Assembly (NCBI GenBank): GCA_934098665.1
Contig: CAKOOO010000001.1
Location: forward strand, 30,823 to 94,822
Direction: 5' to 3'
From: an uncultured Bacilli bacterium
Lineage (GTDB): Bacteria > Bacillota_I > Bacilli_A > RF39 > UBA660
DNA: 64,000 nucleotides
In this document: piece after piece, positions 18,519-26,105 of the stretch
Numbering within the stretch: position 1 is the stretch's first letter
Layout: each line of letters starts with the position of its first letter
The notes under the pieces: generated by a model
Seen by the model: the letters and a program-made list of their open reading frames with translations, nothing else
Told to the model about the DNA's origin: nothing
Databases searched by the model: none
Program-made: the position numbers and the translations under genes

Positions 18519-19373
18519 TCACTCATTTTTTTCACCTTCTTTATTGTTTCCTAATAATTTTATCTTTTCAGCATTATTAAGTATATCTAATTGATACTTT
18601 GCAATTTCATTTAATATTTCAAATCTCTCTTTCTTACTTTTTCCTTCCTTAATTAATTCAGCATTATGTGATTCTAAGTTTGATAATACTGTTAATTCAT
18701 TTATTGAAGCATAATCTCTAACATTAGAATTCTTTGCTAAACTAGGATTAAGTTCTCTCCATTTTTTAGCCGTTGTATTAAAGAGCACTACATTTAGAAT
18801 ATCAGCCTCTTCAGCATACTTTAACCATTCACTATCTTTATAATAGTTATTATCAGGCAATATATAGTTTTTAATTGCATCGGTATGAATTAAATAATTG
18901 TTTTTAGTTAATATTCTTTTAACATCCCATTCTCTATTTTCATTTTCTAATGTCTTTAGTCTTTCAAATTCTTTTATCAAATATAATTTAAAAACAGGAC
19001 TAATAGATGAAGCAAATTCAAAAGCAATATCTTTATGAGCATAAGTTCCGCCGTACTTACCACGTTTGGAATATATACCAATTGCATTTGTTTTTTCACA
19101 CCATTCAGTAACACTTAATGTAAATGTGTGAAGCCCTGCACTTTTTCTAAACCCGTCGAATTCGACGGAATTAAAATCTGGATTATAAATTGATTCCCAA
19201 GTTCCTAAAAATTCTAAAGTAATTCTATTTCTTAACCAGTTTCTTATAATGTCATCAGTTTTTGATTTTCCTTCTTTGTATTTACCAAAATCAGAAATGC
19301 AAATATAATCATTATCATTAATGCTTGTTATATTAACTTTTATATTTTGAACTTCAATTGTTTTATTTATCAT
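18519..19373 (-). CDS. KilA-N domain protein
   Basis: 284 aa with a KilA-N-like N-terminal half (...YICISDFGKYK...WLRNRITLEFLGTWE...GGTYAHKDIAFEFASSISP...). Confidence 0.7.
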   Translation of the reverse strand: MINKTIEVQNIKVNITSINDNDYICISDFGKYKEGKSKTDDIIRNWLRNRITLEFLGTWESIYNPDFNSVEFDGFRKSAGLHTFTLSVTEWCEKTNAIGIYSKRGKYGGTYAHKDIAFEFASSISPVFKLYLIKEFERLKTLENENREWDVKRILTKNNYLIHTDAIKNYILPDNNYYKDSEWLKYAEEADILNVVLFNTTAKKWRELNPSLAKNSNVRDYASINELTVLSNLESHNAELIKEGKSKKERFEILNEIAKYQLDILNNAEKIKLLGNNKEGEKNE

Positions 19374-19559
19374 ATATTCACCTCCACTAACTATTTTAAT
19401 ATAAATTACATAGGGGTTGAAACGTCGTAATCACCTCTCTATGTCTATCATAAATAATACCAAAATTACTATATTTTCATCAAGTTTTAGTTGTTTTGCT
19501 CTTTATCTTGTTATAAAAACTATTTATTACTTTCCTCTAATAATAAATCAAAATCTGAT

Positions 19560-19936
19560 TTAAATAATTTCTGCAGTAGTTTGATGTGATACGGCAAAGT
19601 GCATTTTGTTTTGAAGCATTTTAAAAAATTTAATTGTTGTAGGAGATGTTTTATCATAATCCACACTTGTTGCATAAAAATCAGTAACTTTTTGATAAAA
19701 TCGTCTTTCTGATAATCTTATTTCTCTTATTTCGGCAAGTAAAGAATCATAATAGTCTTCATCAAAGAACACACCATTTGCCATTCTTTTTTTTATCTAT
19801 TATATAGTCTTTTTTTGAAAACTCTTTTAATATATAAGTTGCCCACCTTCTAAATTGGATGGCTCTATCTGAATTCAAATATTAGAAATTCTGCACTACT
19901 ACTTCTTACAATTAAATCTTTTGTCACTTTTATCAT
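19560..19936 (-). pseudogene. RhuM-family pseudogene (internal deletion, C-terminal truncation)
   Basis: MIKVTKDLIVRSSSAEFLIFE is followed by a frame break. Homology resumes at ...NSDRAIQFRRWATYILKEF...FFDEDYYDSLLAEIREIRLSERRFYQKVTDFYATSVDYD... and ends early at TTAEII*. Confidence 0.6.
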
Positions 19937-20128
19937 CTCCTTTAACTAAAGTTTTTATATATTTATCACTTTTTTTACCAGTTTTTATTGGCTTGTTGAT
20001 TCCAACAACCCAATTTTTCATTATTACCTTTCTATTTATTTATGTTTGTTATATTTTCTTTCTAACTAACGCATCTTTCATAAATAAAGTATAGCACAGT
20101 TTTAAATTTAAAAAAAGAAAATAATTTT

Positions 20129-20638
20129 TTATAGGACTATTTTCTTTCCATTTTCACAATGCGTAAAAAAATTTTTTACATTAATTCCATATTTAGGTTT
20201 TTCATATTCATAAATAGCTAAATACTCTTTATTAAATTTGTCTATATTATTACCTTTTATAAAATTATTTTTTATGTCATTTAAGGCATCTTTTTCATTT
20301 TGATACTCATATATTCCTTTATATTTTTCAAAAGCATGTTCAAAATAATAAAATTTATCATCCTTTTCATAAATTAAAAAAGCATGAGTTGGACAAGTAA
20401 TTTTTGTATAATAAACTATAAAATAAGTTTTAACTTTATAATTATACTTTTCAAATAAATATCTTTGAAGTTCAACTTGGTCCCAACATACACCAGTCAT
20501 AGTATTTAAAAGTTCTTTTGGTGACTGAAGTTTATATAATTTTGCAAAGTCATCATCAATAATAGTATGAACATTACCATTTTTATCTACATAACCATAA
20601 CTAATATTTTCTAGAATATTCATAATATCAATTTCCAT
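20129..20638 (-). CDS. hypothetical protein, possibly a transglutaminase-like/papain-fold protein
   Basis: 169 aa with a GVCWDQVELQRYLF... Cys motif followed by HAFLIY and EHAF. Weak call made by eye. Confidence 0.4.
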   Translation of the reverse strand: MEIDIMNILENISYGYVDKNGNVHTIIDDDFAKLYKLQSPKELLNTMTGVCWDQVELQRYLFEKYNYKVKTYFIVYYTKITCPTHAFLIYEKDDKFYYFEHAFEKYKGIYEYQNEKDALNDIKNNFIKGNNIDKFNKEYLAIYEYEKPKYGINVKNFFTHCENGKKIVL

Positions 20639-20710
20639 AATATCACCCTTTACAAAAATATTTTATCATAAATTTGCAAAATAAAAAGCCCTAACTTGGG
20701 CTTTAAGTAA

Positions 20711-21148
20711 TTAACAAACGCAGTCTACATAGCAATCAGTTAAGCATCTAATGCAACATAGACAAGAGCAGTCCATTGTGAAAAATGAATTTGTGGAAAC
20801 ATATGGATTTAAAGAAGTTTCATCTGGATTTGTAGCAAGAACTCTAAATGTACAACAATTTCCTTCGATTTTTTCAACCCTAAATACTGTAGAGCATGTA
20901 TCACTTGAAGTACCTGCCGGACAAGCTACAGCCTCTTTAGCTACTGGCATTGACCAAGGCTGTCCATTTGCACAACATGTATAAAGCATTACTGGTCTTG
21001 TATTACAAATAAGGCAGTTTGCACCCCCACCAAGCATTGGTCTATCACATGTATCTAAACAGTTTTCAGGGCAAGCATTATCTTGAAGCACAAGAATAAC
21101 TGATAGTATTTCATTTATGCAATTACCGCTTTTTTTTGCGTTATTCAT
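20711..21148 (-). CDS. cysteine-rich spore coat/exosporium protein, CotY/CotZ-like
   Basis: 145 aa with 19 Cys. Colinear with Bacillus CotZ as I recall it (...LQDNACPENC..., TVFRVEKIEGNCCTFRVL, C-terminal DCSCLCCIRCL). Confidence 0.65.
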   Translation of the reverse strand: MNNAKKSGNCINEILSVILVLQDNACPENCLDTCDRPMLGGGANCLICNTRPVMLYTCCANGQPWSMPVAKEAVACPAGTSSDTCSTVFRVEKIEGNCCTFRVLATNPDETSLNPYVSTNSFFTMDCSCLCCIRCLTDCYVDCVC

Positions 21149-21253
21149 AAAATAATCACCCTCTCTTTTACTTTCATTATAATTTATGTGAAAAAATATA
21201 AAACGTGATTTACATAAATAAAATATTTTGATAAAATTACTATTGGAGGAAAT

Positions 21254-21577
21254 ATGTTAAATAATATTTATGTACAATATGCTATTATAGCAATTATTAT
21301 CACATTAATTGTGTTAGTGGTTTTAAAATTAAGAAAGAAAAACTTTAATATTGAAGCAAATAAACTTATTACCTATCTTGGTGGTAAAGATAATATAATT
21401 AATGCAGAATGTAATATGAGTAGATTTAAAGTCATTTTAAAAGATACCTCTGTAGTGGATAAAGAAGGTATTCAAAGACTTGGTGCTCAAGGAATTGTAG
21501 AAATTGATAACCAACTTAAAATAATTTTTGGTAAAGATGCCAAAGCACTTAAAAAATATATTAGCGATATTGTCTAA
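21254..21577 (+). CDS. membrane-anchored PTS EIIB-like domain protein
   Basis: 107 aa. One N-terminal TM helix, then GGKDNIINAECNMSRFKVILKD, resembling the glucose-family EIIB fold (GGxxNI...C.TR.R). Confidence 0.5.
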   Translation: MLNNIYVQYAIIAIIITLIVLVVLKLRKKNFNIEANKLITYLGGKDNIINAECNMSRFKVILKDTSVVDKEGIQRLGAQGIVEIDNQLKIIFGKDAKALKKYISDIV

Positions 21578-21586
21578 TATATTTTT

Positions 21587-21886
21587 TTATAACTTAATAA
21601 TATTTTTTATATCACTAATTTTAATTTTTTCATTAGTAATAGTAAGTAAATAATTATCTGTTTTACCTACGACAGTGGCTTCTTTAACATCACTTTCTAA
21701 AAAAATCTTACATCTTGATTTATAAACAAAATTTTTCGAAGAAAAAATATCATTAATCTTTGCTTTAATACTTTTACTATTATCCTCTAAAAAAGATGAT
21801 TTTCCATAAAACCTATCTTGTGAATTATTAAGTTTCTTTTTAATTTCAAAAGCAGATACACTTGGTAATTTGTCCATTTTCTTCAC
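21587..21886 (-). CDS. hypothetical protein
   Basis: 99-aa ORF. No family recognised. Confidence 0.4.
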   Translation of the reverse strand: MKKMDKLPSVSAFEIKKKLNNSQDRFYGKSSFLEDNSKSIKAKINDIFSSKNFVYKSRCKIFLESDVKEATVVGKTDNYLLTITNEKIKISDIKNIIKL

Positions 21887-21933
21887 CCACTATAATATAT
21901 GATATTTTTTTAAAATTAGACAATAATATAATT

Positions 21934-22998
21934 ATGAAGAAAAATAAAATAATAATTATAATATGTATTTTACTTTTAAGTGTAATTAGCATTATTAATA
22001 TTTATAATGCAAAGTATTTAAATATTTTATATAAAAATTATTATATTAAGCAAATTATATGGACTATATTAGGTATTTTAATAATGATTATAATAAGTAA
22101 ATTAAATATAAAAAATATTTTTAAATTAAGCTATATATTTTATATAATAAATATAATTTTACTTATTTTAGTATTGATAATTGGTAAAGAAATAAATGGT
22201 AGTAAAGGATGGTTAAACTTTAAAATAATTTCTTTTCAACCAAGTGAACTACAAAAACTTTCTTTAACACTTTTACTTATAAATACAGTTTTAAAAAAAG
22301 AAGATAATAAAATTATATTTTTAAAATTATTTATTTTTACGTTTATTCCATCATTACTTGTTTTTATAGAACCTGATACGGGAGCTGTAATATTTTATAT
22401 TATAATATTTTTAACTATTTTATTTTGTAAAAAGTTTAGTAAAAAAACTTATATTTATTTATTTTTAAGTTTATTTATTTTATCATTATCATTTGTTTTT
22501 ATTTTTAAATATCATCCGTATTTACTTAAAAAGGTTTTAGGAAAAGGATTTTATTACCGTATAAACCGCATTTTAAATTATAAAGAAAGTTATCAAATGG
22601 ATATGGCACTTACAAATATTTTTAGCGTGGGATTAATAAGAAATGGTTTTAATAAAATACTTTTATATGTACCCGAAGGTGTTACTGATTTTATATTTGC
22701 ATTTTCCATTGGAAATTTTGGTTATATTTTATTTTTTATAATAGTAGTTATTTATTTAATAATTCTATTAAACTTATCTTATTTAATTAAACCATATAAT
22801 GATAAAAAAACTAATTATTTGATAATTAGTTTCATTGTTTCTTTTTTTGCAAACATTTTTATAAATATATTAATGAATTTAGGCCTTATTCCTATCATAG
22901 GTATAACTTTACCTTTTTTATCTTATGGTGGAAGTAATATGATTTTATATTATCTATATATAAGTATTATATTTAATTTAACTAATAAGGATATTTAG
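21934..22998 (+). CDS. SEDS-family peptidoglycan polymerase (FtsW/RodA/SpoVE)
   Basis: Multi-TM protein with SEDS motifs (ISFQPSELQKL, EPDTGA, PEGVTDFIFA, LPFLSYGGSN). Start placed at MKKNKIII (21934); the track ORF extends further upstream into the neighbouring gene. Confidence 0.85.
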   Translation: MKKNKIIIIICILLLSVISIINIYNAKYLNILYKNYYIKQIIWTILGILIMIIISKLNIKNIFKLSYIFYIINIILLILVLIIGKEINGSKGWLNFKIISFQPSELQKLSLTLLLINTVLKKEDNKIIFLKLFIFTFIPSLLVFIEPDTGAVIFYIIIFLTILFCKKFSKKTYIYLFLSLFILSLSFVFIFKYHPYLLKKVLGKGFYYRINRILNYKESYQMDMALTNIFSVGLIRNGFNKILLYVPEGVTDFIFAFSIGNFGYILFFIIVVIYLIILLNLSYLIKPYNDKKTNYLIISFIVSFFANIFINILMNLGLIPIIGITLPFLSYGGSNMILYYLYISIIFNLTNKDI

Positions 22999-23203
22999 GC
23001 ATATAGTATGAATAAGAATAATTTGCTGATGGATAATATGGATTAAAACCATTATTTACTGGAGCAGCATTAACTATTGGTCTAGGTCTTGAAAGACCTA
23101 CGACTGCTGAACCAGCAAGGCCTCCTAATAAAAATGGCACGAAAAATCCCCTATTATCATTTAAGTAAACTGGCCTTGGCATTTTGTATGGATAATTTAT
23201 CAT
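22982..23203 (-). CDS. small Tyr/Pro-rich protein with a central hydrophobic segment
   Basis: 73 aa with locally raised G+C. The composition (YPY, NPYYPSANYSYSYY) resembles coat-type proteins. Speculative. Confidence 0.35.
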   Translation of the reverse strand: MINYPYKMPRPVYLNDNRGFFVPFLLGGLAGSAVVGLSRPRPIVNAAPVNNGFNPYYPSANYSYSYYMPKYPY

Positions 23204-23287
23204 TTAATTCACCCTTTCTAAAATATGCTATGTAACTATTAAATAATAGTTAAAACAAAAGCCTATAAAAGCATATATTTAATTATA

Positions 23288-23638
23288 ATGATTAGAAATT
23301 TTCCACCAAATTACGATCCTAATCTTTTTTCAATGGTTGCTGCGATCGCTGGAGCTATAGCCTCTGGTGATTTTGATGATTATGAACTTAACTCAATTGG
23401 TAACTGGGTTATTCTTTTTGGTCAGTATCTTTTAACATTTGCAGCCCAGCAACAACTTATTGAGCAAAGAATTGAAGGACATAACATAAATATAAATTCT
23501 AGAAAAGCTAAACAAGGTGGAAGTCCATATGATACAGGAAGAAGTAACCAAAATGTTCGTAGTGAAGTTGACTATCTTTTAAAAGCGCTTGAGAAAATAG
23601 AAAAAGAATTAAAAGATTTAAAAAATAATTCTAGTTAA
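23288..23638 (+). CDS. hypothetical protein
   Basis: 116-aa ORF, divergent from the 22982 gene. No family recognised. Confidence 0.45.
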   Translation: MIRNFPPNYDPNLFSMVAAIAGAIASGDFDDYELNSIGNWVILFGQYLLTFAAQQQLIEQRIEGHNININSRKAKQGGSPYDTGRSNQNVRSEVDYLLKALEKIEKELKDLKNNSS

Positions 23639-23678
23639 TTATACTTTTGTAACATTTTGACATGTTCTGTCGAAGTCA

Positions 23679-23706
23679 TTGATTAATATTTTTTTATATG
23701 TATAAT
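23679..23706 (+). promoter_or_regulatory. sigma-A-type promoter of the small-ORF transcript (copy 1)
   Basis: TTGATT (23679-23684), 16 nt ending in TG, then TATAAT (23701-23706). The predicted start falls at the GAACGTG 5' arm. The equivalent promoter is conserved in copy 2. Confidence 0.5.
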
Positions 23707-23714
23707 AACTACTT

Positions 23715-23983
23715 GAACGTGATGGAACTGGCGTTGCCACCAAATTTCAGGGGGTTAAATATCTGAAAGGAGGATGATGTTTATGACGAAGAAAAAGATT
23801 ATTAATTTCCTATTCTTTTGCATACTATTTCTCATGAGTCTTTACAGCTTTGAGACAATAGAAAACGCCGTCCATGTTTTAATAAAGTTATTTAGACTTT
23901 TAAAAGAGTTTATTTTAGCTTTATTAACATAGATAGCGTTATCTAATCTAACCAATTAGGCAACGTGAAATTCTATCACGTTC
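23715..23983 (+). other. small structured transcript closed by a 5'/3' end helix (copy 1)
   Basis: 5' arm GAACGTGATGGAACTGGCGTTGCC (23715-23738) pairs with 3' arm GGCAACGTGAAATTCTATCACGTTC (23959-23983): 9+4 bp, an internal loop, then 7 bp. An AACATA/TATGTT hairpin follows. Confidence 0.5.
23783..23932 (+). CDS. 49-aa Lys-rich hydrophobic peptide (type I toxin-like)
   Basis: AAGGAGGA lies 8 nt upstream of the ATG. Encodes MTKKKIINFLFFCILFLMSLYSFETIENAVHVLIKLFRLLKEFILALLT. Too short for the supplied ORF track. Confidence 0.45.
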   Translation: MTKKKIINFLFFCILFLMSLYSFETIENAVHVLIKLFRLLKEFILALLT

Positions 23984-24031
23984 ACCTATTAATAATATAA
24001 CATATTTTTATGTTTTAATACAAACTATTTT

Positions 24032-25621
24032 TTAACTTTCTACTACATATGGATTATTCCACGTACCATCGCCTGATAAATTTACATCTTTTGATATTGA
24101 GATGACAGGGCGTATGGCATACCAAGTATTAGATGCATAAACACTTTGTGTGGCGTTATTAATATATACAGCAACTTCAATAAGACTATTTGTACTATTC
24201 CAGTAATACGATGTTCCTAACCAAAAACCAGCATTTGCATTTAGATACATATTTGATATAGCATTTTTAAAATCACTTCCAGCTAAAACTAATTCATCTG
24301 CTGTTAATAATCCAACCGGAATATTTAATTTTCCATTACCATTAGTCGTACTTACTGTAAATTTATCTTCACTATTAGGGCACAGCAAACTTGGACTTGC
24401 TGACACATATAATCTTTGATATGCATCAAAATAATAAGAATATGTAGGGTTAGACATCCAAGTTGTTCTTGTAGTCCTATCATTACAAAATATTTGTTCA
24501 GCAATAGCATCATTTAATTGATTTAAATTAGTATAATTATTGTACCAGTTTTCAATATACAATTTTATGTTACTATTATTTTGACTACCATGTTGTTCAC
24601 CAAGCGTATACATAAATCCGCCATATTCTGTGTTTGAAGCCGTATTATTAAATGGATTTATGCCAATATAATTATTATATGTTGTTAAAACAACCTTTGT
24701 ACTTTCAGTTGGTTCAGTAATTCCTGAGTAAATTAATCTTATTGAACCATCTCCATTTATTCTGACAATACGCCAATATATATCTTTCCCTAAAATTCCA
24801 GTTTGAGAACAACTACCACTAGATGGCTTTGTAGAAGAAAGAGAAGTAGCATCCATACACGCATAAGCATCACTTGTATATTTTCCAAATTTTAACCAGT
24901 TATTATCTACGGCTCCTCTAAAATAGTAAGATGTTCCTAAGTCATCTTCGATTGCATACATTCCTTCATTTTCAGTTGCTGCAATTGTAAAATCTGGTGT
25001 ATCTTTTGCTTCAATTGCATCTTTTCCACCATTATTATTTAAAATTAATAACACTGCTGATGACATAAAACTTATTTCATCAGATACTTTAACATTACCT
25101 GTGGCATCCTTTACCCACAAATATGGTGTATCACTTGTTATTGATGTAGATAGTGTATATGGTGTTGTTGGTATATTAAGCCACTCTTCAGGTTCAATAT
25201 CACTACTACTTGAAAGTCCATAACTTTTTAACATTACATTATCATTAAGTGTTACTGTTAAAATATCATTTTCTACTTTTAAGTCATCACTAATTGTTGG
25301 TGCTATGCTATCTTCATCAAAATATAATGTACATCTATCACTTCCTATAAAACTAAAACCCACTACACCACTAACATTATCATAACTTGAAATTTCCCCA
25401 TTATTTTCACAAAAACTTTTTTCTTTATTAAGTAAATAACTTCCTTTAGGAATATTTTTTGAATTTGTATAACTACTTGAATTATTTTCTTTTACATATA
25501 TTGCATAACTTTTATTTACTAACTTATTTTTATTTAAATTTATCTTTTTATTATATATAAAAATAATACTTAAAACTCCTATCAATAAAAATACGAACAA
25601 CACTATTTTTCCCTTTTTCAT
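24032..25621 (-). CDS. membrane-anchored variable surface protein, paralogue B1 (529 aa)
   Basis: Signal-anchor MKKGKIVLFVFLLIGVLSIIF. N-terminal ~185 aa homologous to the 42194 gene. C-terminal FWLGTSYYWNS...AIRPVISI...GDGTWNNPYVV module. RBS AAGAGGAG. Confidence 0.85.
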   Translation of the reverse strand: MKKGKIVLFVFLLIGVLSIIFIYNKKINLNKNKLVNKSYAIYVKENNSSSYTNSKNIPKGSYLLNKEKSFCENNGEISSYDNVSGVVGFSFIGSDRCTLYFDEDSIAPTISDDLKVENDILTVTLNDNVMLKSYGLSSSSDIEPEEWLNIPTTPYTLSTSITSDTPYLWVKDATGNVKVSDEISFMSSAVLLILNNNGGKDAIEAKDTPDFTIAATENEGMYAIEDDLGTSYYFRGAVDNNWLKFGKYTSDAYACMDATSLSSTKPSSGSCSQTGILGKDIYWRIVRINGDGSIRLIYSGITEPTESTKVVLTTYNNYIGINPFNNTASNTEYGGFMYTLGEQHGSQNNSNIKLYIENWYNNYTNLNQLNDAIAEQIFCNDRTTRTTWMSNPTYSYYFDAYQRLYVSASPSLLCPNSEDKFTVSTTNGNGKLNIPVGLLTADELVLAGSDFKNAISNMYLNANAGFWLGTSYYWNSTNSLIEVAVYINNATQSVYASNTWYAIRPVISISKDVNLSGDGTWNNPYVVES

Positions 25622-25667
25622 ACACTCCTCTTTTTTCCCGTAAATACGCCATACTTTTTTCTTATAT

Positions 25668-25793
25668 TAGATACTTTTAAGAAAATTGTACATCGATTTT
25701 ACGTATCTTACTATTAAATTATACATTAATTTTCATGATTTTTAAACCCTTTTTAACGATTTTTTCTTGTTCGTTTTTTCTTAAAAGTATCTA
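25668..25793 (-). promoter_or_regulatory. invertible promoter cassette 2 (promoter faces gene B1: ON)
   Basis: Perfect 18-bp inverted repeats: TAGATACTTTTAAGAAAA at 25668-25685 and its reverse complement at 25776-25793. On the minus strand the core carries TTTAAA (25746-25741), 17 nt, then TATAAT (25723-25718). Confidence 0.8.
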
Positions 25794-25824
25794 CTTTAGG
25801 AAAATACGAACAAGATAATTACTG

Positions 25825-25852
25825 GGTTTATTTGATATGAACCTATTTTTTT
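25825..25852 (+). terminator. weak plus-strand hairpin + T-run just outside cassette 2
   Basis: GGTTTA-TTTGATA-TGAACC (one G-U pair) followed by TATTTTTTT. Confidence 0.4.
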
Positions 25853-26105
25853 AATTTGCATAAAAAAGGCCCCAAAAAAGGAGCACTTAAAAATATTTAT
25901 AAAAATTTTAATTATATTTGTCATATAGTATTAAAGGTCACTGATAAAAGTAATAAATCAATTAAGAAAATTATTCAAATTAATTTAAACTGCTTTGATA
26001 GATATGGCGATGATAAATTTTTATATAAAACAGTGTTATGTGAAGTTTCAAGTCATAAACAGTATTTCGATTTAATCGAAATAGATGATATAAGCCTTTT
26101 AACCT

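Noticed and set aside
17960-19936. A single rhuM gene split by insertion of the KilA-N gene.
   Set aside because: On the minus strand the N-terminal fragment (17960-18346) lies downstream of the middle fragment (19560-19784), so the order is wrong for a simple insertion. The upstream copy also has its own decayed N-terminus (19936-19870). These are therefore two separate degraded copies.
23657-23662. TTGACA inside the conserved 18-mer, considered as the -35 box for the TATAAT at 23701.
   Set aside because: The spacing is 38 nt. TTGATT at 23679 (16-nt spacer) fits better. The TTGACA may belong to a second, upstream promoter (in copy 2, TTGACA-17-TACAAT) or to an operator.
26041-26090. Near-perfect palindrome TATTTCGATTTAATCGAAATA downstream of the 1080-aa gene, considered as a terminator.
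   Set aside because: No T-run follows on either strand, and the loop would be only 1-5 nt. I left it unannotated; it may be a protein-binding palindrome.
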